Assembly: GCA_963662655.2 (NCBI GenBank)
Contig: CAXXTU010000002.1
Coordinates: forward strand, 640,001 to 704,000
DNA length: 64,000 bases
Direction: 5' to 3'
Source of the DNA: Candidatus Cloacimonadales bacterium
GTDB taxonomy: Bacteria; Cloacimonadota; Cloacimonadia; Cloacimonadales; JAIOQZ01
Part shown: positions 38,447-47,706 of the stretch, piece after piece
How positions within the stretch are numbered: position 1 is the first letter of the stretch
How the letters are laid out: every line of letters begins with the position of its first letter
Translations under genes and position numbers: made by a program
Notes under the pieces: model-generated
The model's database searches: none
What the model was told of the DNA's origin: nothing
The model's input: the letters and a program-made list of their open reading frames with translations, nothing else

Positions 38447-39655
38447 CTATTCGTGATGAACTTTATTCACTATTAATCCAAGGTCGTAGCCCACTTCGAT
38501 GAATCGCCCGATCGCCTTGCCGATCTGCTCGCGCGTGTGCGCCGCCGAAAGCTGGACACGGATGCGGGCCTTACCCATCGGAACCACGGGATACGCGAAT
38601 CCGATCACGTAGATGCCATGTTCGAGCAGCATGTCCGCCATTTTGAGAGCCAGTGGTTCGTCGTAAATCATCACGGGAACGATCGCCGTGTGTCCATCGA
38701 TGAGGTCGAATCCAGCGCGCTTCATGCAGTGCCTGAAGAAGATCGCGTTATCCACGACTTTGTTGCGCATGGCCGTGCTCTCTTCCAGGAGTTCGATCGC
38801 TCGAATGGTGGCGGCTGCGATGACCGGAGCCAGCGAATTCGAGAAGAGGTAGGGTCTGGAGCGTTGGCGAAGCATGTCGATGATTTCGCTCCTGCCCGAG
38901 ACGCATCCGCCGGAAGCGCCGCCAAGCGCCTTTCCGAACGTTGTTGTGATGATGTCGACACGGTCCATGACGTCGTGATACTCGTGGGTGCCGCGTCCGG
39001 TTTTTCCAATGTATCCGGTGGCGTGGGATTCGTCTATCATGACCAGCGCGTCGTATTTGTCAGCCAGATCGCAAATCTCGTCCAGCTTGGCGATGTCGCC
39101 GTCCATGGAGAAAACGCCGTCGGTGGTGATAAGTTTGTATTTGGCCGAAGCTGCTTCCTGGAGGCACTTTTCGAGTTCTTCCATGTCGGAGTGCTTGTAA
39201 CGCAAGCGCTGTGCCTTGCAGAGGCGAACGCCGTCGATGATGGAGGCGTGGTTCAATTCGTCAGAGATGATCGCCGAATCGCTACCGAGAAGCGGTTCGA
39301 AGACGCCGCCGTTCGCGTCGAAGGCGGATGAGAAGAGGATGGTGTCTTCCATCCCGAGGAACTGGCTGATCTTGACTTCAAGCTCCTTGTGGATGTCCTG
39401 CGTTCCGCAGATGAAGCGGACGGACGAAAGCCCGAATCCCCAGCGATCGATCGCTTCATGCGCCGCTTTGATGATCTCGGGATGGCTGGAGAGTCCCAGG
39501 TAATTGTTCGCGCAGAAGTTAAGTACCTTGCTTCCGTCTCTCAGCGTGATTTCGGGATTCTGAGGAGATGACAGAATCCGCTCGTGTTTATATAATCCCC
39601 TGGCCTTCAGTTCATCGATGGTGGTTTGCAAATCCGATTTCATGTGTGTAAACAT
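38447..39655 (-). CDS. kbl: Glycine C-acetyltransferase (2-amino-3-ketobutyrate CoA ligase)
   Basis: [42 protein letters not shown]. Confidence 0.95.
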   Translation of the reverse strand: MFTHMKSDLQTTIDELKARGLYKHERILSSPQNPEITLRDGSKVLNFCANNYLGLSSHPEIIKAAHEAIDRWGFGLSSVRFICGTQDIHKELEVKISQFLGMEDTILFSSAFDANGGVFEPLLGSDSAIISDELNHASIIDGVRLCKAQRLRYKHSDMEELEKCLQEAASAKYKLITTDGVFSMDGDIAKLDEICDLADKYDALVMIDESHATGYIGKTGRGTHEYHDVMDRVDIITTTFGKALGGASGGCVSGRSEIIDMLRQRSRPYLFSNSLAPVIAAATIRAIELLEESTAMRNKVVDNAIFFRHCMKRAGFDLIDGHTAIVPVMIYDEPLALKMADMLLEHGIYVIGFAYPVVPMGKARIRVQLSAAHTREQIGKAIGRFIEVGYDLGLIVNKVHHE

Positions 39656-39880
39656 CTTTCGCAATTCCTTTGTAATATTTTTCCGTCTTAAAATACCCGG
39701 AAGGGTACTTTGTAAAGGATTTTCTGTGGGATTAATACCATTTCCGCTTTGACGATTCATTAATCAGAGAAACAGAGAATGCGGAAATGGTTTCCTTGGG
39801 TCGCTTCCCCGATTCGACATGTTCAATTTTATGGTTCTTCACTCGGGATATCGTGTCGTTGAGCACAATTCAACGGTCGC

Positions 39881-39917
39881 AAAAAGAACCGCAGGAAAGG
39901 ATGTGCTTCCTGCGGTT
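39881..39917 (-). terminator. Intrinsic terminator after the cold-shock gene
   Basis: AACCGCAGGAA/TTCCTGCGGTT stem with a T-run on the minus strand. Confidence 0.75.
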
Positions 39918-39953
39918 TATGCATTAAACGGAGATGGGGAGGATCAGCCGTTG

Positions 39954-40172
39954 TTATACAGATGGGTTCAAGCGAATGATATTGATCGCCTGGACTCCTT
40001 TATCGGTATTCATAAGATCAAATTCAACGTCTTCGTTGGGATTCAGAACCTTGAGTTCCGTTGGGGTCTTGGTCACAATCGATTTCCAGTGTACAAAATA
40101 CTCCGTGTTGTCGTCCGACAGAATGAACCCGTATCCCTTGTTGCTGTTAAACCACTTTACTTTGCCTTTCAT
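39954..40172 (-). CDS. Cold-shock domain protein
   Basis: MKGKVKWFNSNKGYGFI...FVHW RNP motifs; AGGAG RBS. Confidence 0.93.
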   Translation of the reverse strand: MKGKVKWFNSNKGYGFILSDDNTEYFVHWKSIVTKTPTELKVLNPNEDVEFDLMNTDKGVQAINIIRLNPSV

Positions 40173-40241
40173 GATGCTCCTTAGGTTGATTACTCTTTGC
40201 AAATACAACGTCGGGTAGGAACCGCCGTTACGACAATTATG

Positions 40242-40271
40242 AAAAAAAGCCCGGGAGGTTTGCTCCCGGGC
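40242..40271 (-). terminator. Intrinsic terminator after ppdK
   Basis: GCCCGGGAG/CTCCCGGGC stem plus T7 on the minus strand. Confidence 0.85.
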
Positions 40272-40280
40272 GTTCGTTAT

Positions 40281-43019
40281 TTATTTCGTTTGATCATCTT
40301 CGATTGCTGCCTGAGCGGCTGCGAGACGTGCGATCGGCACGCGGTATGGGGAACAGCTCACGTAATTCATGCCCACGCGGTGGCAGAACTTGACGGATGA
40401 CGGTTCGCCGCCGTGCTCGCCACAGATACCGACCTTGAGGTCCGGACGTACAGAGCGTCCCTTCTTCGTTCCCATCTCGACAAGCTGGCCAACGCCTTCC
40501 TGGTCGAGAACCTGGAACGGATCGTGCGCAAGGATACCCTTCGAGGTATAAACCGGCAGGAATTTGCCGGCATCGTCGCGCGAGTAACCGAAGGTCATCT
40601 GGGTGAGGTCGTTGGTACCGAAGCTGAAGAACTCGGCGTGCTCTGCGATCAGATCGGCAGTGAGCGCAGCGCGAGGGATCTCGATCATCGTACCGATGAG
40701 GTATTCGAGGCGGCGTCCGGCCTTCTCGAATTCTTCTTCAGCCACGCGTTCGATAATCTCTTCCTGCATGATGAACTCTTCCTTGGTACCGATAAGCGGA
40801 ACCATGATTTCCGGGAACACCTTGATGCCCTTGGCAGAAACGTTCAGCGCGGCTTCGATGATCGCGCGCGCTTGCATTTCGGTTATTTCTGGGTAGGTGA
40901 TGCCCAGGCGGCATCCACGGTGACCGAGCATCGGGTTGAATTCAGCCAGCGAATCGACGATGCTTCTGACTTTGTCCACGGAGATTCCGAGTTCGTCGGC
41001 CATCTCTTTCTGGTTCTCTTCCTCGTGAGGTACGAACTCGTGGAGCGGCGGGTCCAGAAGACGAATGGTCACTGGAAGTCCGTCCATCGCTTCGAAGATG
41101 CCTTCGAAGTCTTCGCGCTGGATGGGCAGAAGCTTGTCGAGGGCTTTGCGGCGTCCTTCTTCGGTCTCGGCGAGGATCATCTCGCGCACGGCCTTAATGC
41201 GGTCGCCTTCGAAGAACATGTGCTCGGTACGGCAAAGGCCGATACCCTGCGCGCCGAATCCGCGAGCGACTTTCGAATCGCGCGGCGTGTCGGCATTGGT
41301 GCGGACGTACATGCGGGTGTATTTGTCGCTGAGATCCATGATCTTACCGAAATCTCCGCTGAGCTCGGGATCGCGGGTCTCGACTTTACCTTCGTAGACA
41401 ACACCGGTGGAGCCGTTCAGGGATATCCAATCGCCTTCCTTGAAGGTCTTGCCGTCGGCTTCCATGGTGCGGGTCTTGTAGTTGATCTTGATTCCGCCTG
41501 CGCCGGAGACGCAGCACTTGCCCATGCCGCGAGCTACCACAGCCGCGTGCGAGGTCATACCGCCGCGCGCGGTGAGGATACCTGCCGCGACGTTCATGCC
41601 GCGAAGGTCTTCAGGGGAGGTCTCGATACGCACGAGAACAACCTGCTTGCCTCCTGCGACCCATTCTTCGGCTTCGTCTGCGAAGAACACGATCTGGCCG
41701 GTTGCAGCGCCTGGCGAGGCCGGCAGACCCTTGGCGATCGCGGTTGCTTTCGCGAGGGCGTCGAGATCGAATACCGGGTGAAGCAGCTCGTCAAGCTTAT
41801 TGGGTTCGACGCGCATGAGGGCGGTCTTCTCGTCGATGTATTTCTGATCGAGCATGTCGATGGCGATCTTGACCATCGCAGCGCCGGTACGCTTTCCGTT
41901 ACGGGTCTGGAGCAGCCAGAGCTTGCCGTCCTGGATGGTGAATTCCAGGTCCTGCATGTCTTTGTAATGATCTTCAAGCTTCTGTTGGGTGGCGTCGAGT
42001 TCCTTGTAAACTTCCGGCATCACTTCTTCGAGTGACGGGAATTTCGCCTTGCGCTCGGCTTCTTCGATGTTCTGAAGTTTCGCCCAGCGACGTGAGCCCT
42101 CGGCTGTGATCTGCTGCGGTGTACGGATACCCGCCACTACGTCTTCGCCCTGCGCGTTGATCAGGAATTCGCCGTTGAAGATGTCTTCGCCGGTTCCGGC
42201 GTCACGGGTGAAAGCAACGCCTGTCGCGCTGTTGTCGCCCATGTTTCCGTAGACCATCGACTGCACGTTTACCGCGGTTCCCCAGCTTTCGGGGATGTGG
42301 TTGAGCTGACGATACAGGATCGCGCGCTCGTTCATCCAGCTATTGAACACGGCGAAAACCGCGCCCCAGAGCTGATCCCACGGGTTGGTCGGGAAGTCCT
42401 TGCCTGTGTTTTCTTTCACGGCTTTCTTGAAGCGTGTGACCAGTTCCTTGAGGTCGTCGGTGGTGAGGTCGATGTCTTCTTCGACACCCTTTTCTTCCTT
42501 CACCGCTTCGATGATCTCTTCAAACGGATCGATGTCTTCCTTCGAAACCGGTTTCATATCGAGAACAACGTCGCCGTACATCTGCACGAAGCGACGATAG
42601 GAATCCCAAGCGAAGCGGTCGTTGCCGCTCTTTTTCGCGAGACCTTCCACCACCTCTTCATTGAGTCCGAGGTTGAGAACGGTGTCCATCATGCCGGGCA
42701 TGGAAACGCGTGCGCCGGAGCGAACCGAGAGCAGAAGCGGATTGACGGCGTCTCCGAATTTCATTCCCATGATTGCTTCGGTTGCCGTGATCGCCTTCTT
42801 TACAGCCGGCTCAAGCAGTTCTTTCACTTTATCCTGGCCGAGTGTATTGTATTCGGTGCATACTTCGGTTGTAATCGTAAATCCAGCCGGAACAGGAACG
42901 CCAATCAGGTTCATCTCGGCGAGGTTGGCCCCCTTGCCGCCCAGCAGGTTCTTCATTCCGGTGCTGCCTTCAGCTTGCCCATTACCGAAAAGGTAAATTC
43001 GTTTGCGGTCTTCGTTCAT
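40281..43019 (-). CDS. ppdK: Pyruvate, phosphate dikinase
   Basis: LLGGKGANLAEM, SVRSGARVSMPGMMDT, GGMTSHAAVVARG, GTNDLTQ. Confidence 0.98.
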   Translation of the reverse strand: MNEDRKRIYLFGNGQAEGSTGMKNLLGGKGANLAEMNLIGVPVPAGFTITTEVCTEYNTLGQDKVKELLEPAVKKAITATEAIMGMKFGDAVNPLLLSVRSGARVSMPGMMDTVLNLGLNEEVVEGLAKKSGNDRFAWDSYRRFVQMYGDVVLDMKPVSKEDIDPFEEIIEAVKEEKGVEEDIDLTTDDLKELVTRFKKAVKENTGKDFPTNPWDQLWGAVFAVFNSWMNERAILYRQLNHIPESWGTAVNVQSMVYGNMGDNSATGVAFTRDAGTGEDIFNGEFLINAQGEDVVAGIRTPQQITAEGSRRWAKLQNIEEAERKAKFPSLEEVMPEVYKELDATQQKLEDHYKDMQDLEFTIQDGKLWLLQTRNGKRTGAAMVKIAIDMLDQKYIDEKTALMRVEPNKLDELLHPVFDLDALAKATAIAKGLPASPGAATGQIVFFADEAEEWVAGGKQVVLVRIETSPEDLRGMNVAAGILTARGGMTSHAAVVARGMGKCCVSGAGGIKINYKTRTMEADGKTFKEGDWISLNGSTGVVYEGKVETRDPELSGDFGKIMDLSDKYTRMYVRTNADTPRDSKVARGFGAQGIGLCRTEHMFFEGDRIKAVREMILAETEEGRRKALDKLLPIQREDFEGIFEAMDGLPVTIRLLDPPLHEFVPHEEENQKEMADELGISVDKVRSIVDSLAEFNPMLGHRGCRLGITYPEITEMQARAIIEAALNVSAKGIKVFPEIMVPLIGTKEEFIMQEEIIERVAEEEFEKAGRRLEYLIGTMIEIPRAALTADLIAEHAEFFSFGTNDLTQMTFGYSRDDAGKFLPVYTSKGILAHDPFQVLDQEGVGQLVEMGTKKGRSVRPDLKVGICGEHGGEPSSVKFCHRVGMNYVSCSPYRVPIARLAAAQAAIEDDQTK

Positions 43020-43404
43020 GAAAGTTCCTCCTTGTGATCTATCTGTGTATATACTTCTGATTCTTATACGAAATTATTTCTTTGCATCATGACCCTAAAA
43101 GTTCCGAATGGTCATTCATGTCAAATCAAAATTAGAAGTAGATTTTCAGTCAATTCTAACGATTATGGAATTGCTGATTGTGTCGTCGCTTAGACAAAAC
43201 TGCCCGGTACGACATCTGGATGATTTACAGGTATAACGCAGAATTGCCTTCTTTGTTTCAACATCCGGCTGATGAATATAACGATTGAATGAACCTGTTG
43301 TAATGAAATTCTGTAACAGTCCAGACTTGGGGTGTCGTTTCAGTTCCAAAATCCGTAATGTGTTTGAGAATAATCCATTGATAAAGTAACCTGCAATTTC
43401 AATC

Positions 43405-43433
43405 TTGACAAAAAATATTGTAATGGATATAAT
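43405..43433 (+). promoter_or_regulatory. Consensus sigma70 promoter upstream of the GNAT gene
   Basis: TTGACA 43405-43410, 17-bp spacer, TATAAT 43428-43433. Confidence 0.8.
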
Positions 43434-43598
43434 AAAAATACGACTCTCCCAACGATGTACTCACGGAGAATTTACCAATGCGGCGGTCATGGCAACCTCA
43501 CTGCTTCAGGCGGGAATTGCTTCCCGGATCATTAGAGAGTATGGTTATCAATCGATATGTTCAAGAGCTATTATACATTATGTGGAGTACGAGCTAAA

Positions 43599-44177
43599 AT
43601 GAAATATAAAGACTATTTCAAACAAGTACCGGTTCTTGAATCGGAGCGCCTTCTTCTTCGTCCATTCCGAGACGAGGACATTGATCAGTATCTTGGGTTC
43701 TTCCGAGAGGAGGAAGTTCAAAGGTATCTTGGATCGATTTTGATACCCAAAGATCGGGAGGATGCTATGCGCTGGATACGAAATTTGAATGGGCGATGCT
43801 TGAAATCGGGCTTGGTGTTCACATGGTGCATCGAATGGAAAGAAAGCGGTGGAGTTATTGGACGGTGTGATCTTGGGGGATTTGTGAGGAAATCGATGGC
43901 AGAAGTGTCTTATTACTTATCCCCTGACATGTGGAAAAAGGGTATCATTACGGAGGCTCTGAAGCTTGTTCTTTCTTTTGGATTCGAGGATCTGAAACTA
44001 AACCGGATTCAGGCGTGTGTCCTTCCCGAGAACGCAGCTTCTCTTCGTGTCCTTGAGAAGAACGGATTTCGGCGGGAAGGTTTGCTCAGGCAATACGATT
44101 ACGGCAAGGAATTCCATGACGTCCTCATGTATTCCATCATAGCGCAAGAATTCCTGCCTGAGAAAGAAACTGTTTGA
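43599..44177 (+). CDS. RimJ/RimL-family GNAT N-acetyltransferase
   Basis: LESERLLLRPF, WKKGIITEA, ENAASLRVLEKNGFRREG. Confidence 0.9.
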   Translation: MKYKDYFKQVPVLESERLLLRPFRDEDIDQYLGFFREEEVQRYLGSILIPKDREDAMRWIRNLNGRCLKSGLVFTWCIEWKESGGVIGRCDLGGFVRKSMAEVSYYLSPDMWKKGIITEALKLVLSFGFEDLKLNRIQACVLPENAASLRVLEKNGFRREGLLRQYDYGKEFHDVLMYSIIAQEFLPEKETV

Positions 44178-44231
44178 TTGATGCTTCATCTGATTCGGAA
44201 AAGAAAAGTTCCATTGCTTGAGACGCGGGGT

Positions 44232-47200
44232 TCAATCCTCCTCATCCAATAACAACTCTCTGTACTTCGCGGCTTCGTTGAACATATCGAGTCTCTCCAG
44301 AACTTCCACCAGCGATTGCAGGGAATCTTGCGTATAGGGATGCTTCACGCCCAGCGCTCTCATGAAGACATTGAAGCCTCGGATAATGAGTTCGATTCCT
44401 GAATCGGGTTGGTTGCCAGTCGCTTGCAGGATACCGAGATTGATCATGCTCATGGCGGTATCCGGGTGATTCTCGCCATAGACTCTCGACCAAGTCTCAA
44501 AGGCTTTCTGGTAATGCTCGAGTGCTTTTGTTTTATCGCCGATCGTATCGTAAATGACCCCGAGATTGTTATGGTACGTTGCGGTCTCCGGGTGCTTGTT
44601 TCCTTGCGTTTTCTGCTGGATTCCTAGGGCTTTAAGGTGCTGCTCGAGCGCTTTCTCGTGATTCTCCATCGCTTCGTGAATGATTCCCAGATTGTTCAAG
44701 TACTTCGCAGTCTCCGGGTGATTCTCGCCCACGGCTTCGACCTGGATATCATACGCTTTCTGGTAGTATTCAAGCGCCAGGTCGATATCCCCTTGGGCGT
44801 CGTGGATGATCCCAATATTGTTGTAGCATCTTGCCATTGCGGCATCGTGCTCGTTCAGCTTCATCTGAATCGCCTGTGCCTGCTTGAAATAGTCCAGCGC
44901 TTCGTCGTACCTGCCCATGGAGTCCAGCACGATTCCCGTGTGGCTCAGGCTGATCACGATTTGATAATGCGCTTCTCCCAACTCCTGCTGCCTTATTTTC
45001 AGCGCCTTGAGGTTGTACGCAAGCGCTTTATCGTAGTTGCTCACCGTGTGATGAATGCTTGCTATTTCCACATAGAATTTGGCTGTTACGATATTGTTTT
45101 TGCCGTGATTTCCGATACTGAGCTCGAGTCCTCTTTCATATAGAGACAGGCTCTTCTGATATTGGAAAATCTCGTTGCTATAGTTAGCTGCGCGGCTGTA
45201 GTAATGGATTGCCTGTTTCCAGTTACCGGCTTTGTCGTAGTGGATGGCGATCTCCTCCGCGTGTTTACCGAGCTTTTCGGCAAAAACTCTTTCCATTGCT
45301 TCCGCGGCGATCCGATGCAGCTTGTGAAGCTTGGATGTGATCATCCGCTGGTAGATGATATCCCGGATGAGAATGTGCGAGAAGATGTAGCGAATCTCGT
45401 CCAGATCGCGCCATATCCTGTTGCGCACGCCTTCCTGAAGCTCCTCGTGCGGTTCGGCGCGCAACATGTTCGAAAGAACCTGAATGTTGAATTCCATTCC
45501 CAGCACGCTGGCGTTGTTCACGCACTCGCGTACATTCTGGGTGAGGCGATCCAGGCGACTGCTCACGATATCGATGATGTTGAATGTGCTGAAATAACCG
45601 ATCTCGGAAACGATTTTTCCGTGCACGTCCACGATGCCGTTCTCACGGAGATACGTGGTGATCTGCTCGATGAACAGCGGGTTTCCCATTGATTTCTCGC
45701 GGACGAGTTTCAGCGTCCTGAATGGAACGCGCTCCACACTCAGCAGGTTTGAGACCAACTCAACATTCTCATCGTCCCGCATGATGTCGAGTTCAATGTC
45801 GATTCTCTCGTGCTTCGCGAGCTTAAACTCGACCATGCTTCCGTCGGAATTGTAGCGGCAGGGCGAAACAACGATGAATGGCGCGATCTCCGCGTCGCTG
45901 AGTAGCTGGAGGATCCTACGGCTTTCCTGATCGATCCACTGGCCGTCGTCAAGCAGAACGACAACCGGCTTTTCCAGACACAGTTTTCTGAAGAATTGAA
46001 TATTCGCCCCGCGTAACTGACGCGGTTTCTCGGAAGCAGGGAGCAAGCTCCACACGGAATCGGGCCACTTGTAGCCGAGAAGATACGCGATCATCGATTC
46101 GATGCGCTCGATCTCGTGATCGCCGCCGGCAAAGGTTTCCCAGGCAGTTCGAAATTCATCGATCTGCTCGTCTAGGTTTGTCGAAGTCGAAACGGCGAAG
46201 TATTGTCTCAACATCTGTGTCACAACAGACCACGCGGGTTGCGTGAAGGCGTCGCATTTCGTGTGAAAGAAGTGGTATTCTCCTGCCTCGTGACGCGATA
46301 AAGCTTCGCGAGCCAGTCGGCTTTTTCCGATGCCGGGATCGCCCGAGATATAGATCACCTCGTTCCGTTTCTGCGACAACGCGCTATCGACATGCGATAT
46401 AAGCTTTTCAATCTCCTCTTTGCGGCCGATGAATTTGCTCTCCTGAAAGGTGGCGATAATCTCGATCCGCCGCATTAACCGGTAATGTCGTATGGGATCG
46501 GACAGCCCTTTGAGGTTCAGTTTCCCCAGGTAGCTGAACGAGAAATCATTGTGCAGATTCTGCCAGAGGTAGGTGTCGGCGATGATTTCACCAGCCTGCG
46601 CGATTTCCATCAGCCGGGCAGAAAGGTTGACCGGATGCCCGAGCGCGGTGTATTCACGGGTCGCGCCGCTACCGATGTATCCGGCGAACACGGAGCCGCA
46701 ACTGATCCCGCAGGCGATTTCCGGTATCTCGTCGATTGCCTCCAGCGCGAAGTTGCATATCCTTTCCAGCGTATTGCCGGCCGAGCGGGGGATGCCGAAC
46801 AGAAAAATCGCGATGAGTCCCTTGTCGGTCGCGTCGAGCTTATTGATGAATCCACCGTATTTATCAGCCAACCGCGCGAATTTCTCGATGGTTTCTTCGA
46901 TCGACTCTTCCGGTATGTCTTGCAGATTCGCGAAGCTGAAGGCCGCGCTGCGGATTTCGTTGGCAGGCTTCTCGTTGCGAAGCGACGCGTGGAGGAAATC
47001 GCTCCTTGTATCGCTTTGGATATTGAACTGAAGAGGCTGTGGGGCAAGTTCGAATGCAAATGGCGTGTCCCTTGGGGAATAACCTGATGGAGACTCCTCG
47101 AAACGCTCCACGCCGATGGAACGAACAGCCTCGGGTGAGAAGATGATGTCCTCTTTGCGTTGAGAGAGCTGCGCCATTTCACGAAGCGTATCGCCATAGA

Positions 47201-47633
47201 ATACATACTCGTTCTGGACATCGTTCCGGAATATACGCCAGGAGATTTTCCCCAGAACTACCGTCTGCCTGATTTTCACATCGAAGTCGCCAAGCAGGGT
47301 ATGAAAGCGGTTGTGCTTCTCGAAATGATTGCGGATCGAAGTAACGGCCTTCAAGATGCTCTCCGGTCTTGCGTTAGGGAAGATCGCGCACACTGCGTCA
47401 CCTGCGAAAACACTGACGAATCCGCCGTTGGCTTCGCTGATGGAAATGGGGATGTGGAACACTTCATCCAGAAATCGGCTCAATGCCTCCGCGCCTTCCT
47501 TGCCTCGCCGCTGCAAGGATGTCGCAATGCTTGTAAATCCTGCGATATCCGTCAGTAACGCGTACCCGTCGAGCGTTCCATGCAGGTTCCCCTGCTCGTA
47601 TTGTTGCAGTATAAACGACGGTGTATAGCGCAT
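44232..47633 (-). CDS. Soluble-adenylyl-cyclase-like STAND protein: tandem class III cyclase domains, AAA/P-loop, TPR repeats
   Basis: TDIAGFT, FAGDA, ATDKG, EYTALGHPVNLSARL; GDPGIGKS Walker A, LLDDGQW Walker B, GNPLF; kinesin-light-chain-type TPRs (HPETA...NNLG). Confidence 0.88.
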   Translation of the reverse strand: MRYTPSFILQQYEQGNLHGTLDGYALLTDIAGFTSIATSLQRRGKEGAEALSRFLDEVFHIPISISEANGGFVSVFAGDAVCAIFPNARPESILKAVTSIRNHFEKHNRFHTLLGDFDVKIRQTVVLGKISWRIFRNDVQNEYVFYGDTLREMAQLSQRKEDIIFSPEAVRSIGVERFEESPSGYSPRDTPFAFELAPQPLQFNIQSDTRSDFLHASLRNEKPANEIRSAAFSFANLQDIPEESIEETIEKFARLADKYGGFINKLDATDKGLIAIFLFGIPRSAGNTLERICNFALEAIDEIPEIACGISCGSVFAGYIGSGATREYTALGHPVNLSARLMEIAQAGEIIADTYLWQNLHNDFSFSYLGKLNLKGLSDPIRHYRLMRRIEIIATFQESKFIGRKEEIEKLISHVDSALSQKRNEVIYISGDPGIGKSRLAREALSRHEAGEYHFFHTKCDAFTQPAWSVVTQMLRQYFAVSTSTNLDEQIDEFRTAWETFAGGDHEIERIESMIAYLLGYKWPDSVWSLLPASEKPRQLRGANIQFFRKLCLEKPVVVLLDDGQWIDQESRRILQLLSDAEIAPFIVVSPCRYNSDGSMVEFKLAKHERIDIELDIMRDDENVELVSNLLSVERVPFRTLKLVREKSMGNPLFIEQITTYLRENGIVDVHGKIVSEIGYFSTFNIIDIVSSRLDRLTQNVRECVNNASVLGMEFNIQVLSNMLRAEPHEELQEGVRNRIWRDLDEIRYIFSHILIRDIIYQRMITSKLHKLHRIAAEAMERVFAEKLGKHAEEIAIHYDKAGNWKQAIHYYSRAANYSNEIFQYQKSLSLYERGLELSIGNHGKNNIVTAKFYVEIASIHHTVSNYDKALAYNLKALKIRQQELGEAHYQIVISLSHTGIVLDSMGRYDEALDYFKQAQAIQMKLNEHDAAMARCYNNIGIIHDAQGDIDLALEYYQKAYDIQVEAVGENHPETAKYLNNLGIIHEAMENHEKALEQHLKALGIQQKTQGNKHPETATYHNNLGVIYDTIGDKTKALEHYQKAFETWSRVYGENHPDTAMSMINLGILQATGNQPDSGIELIIRGFNVFMRALGVKHPYTQDSLQSLVEVLERLDMFNEAAKYRELLLDEED

Positions 47634-47706
47634 TCAGCCTCCCGGTCAATGATTCGGATTCAGGTTCAAAATTCCGTGGCCGGAGCTGGTGTCAAGGGAA
47701 AACCGG

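Noticed and set aside
43146..43349. 67-aa ORF upstream of ppdK
   Set aside because: No recognisable similarity or RBS; probably non-coding or an unidentifiable remnant
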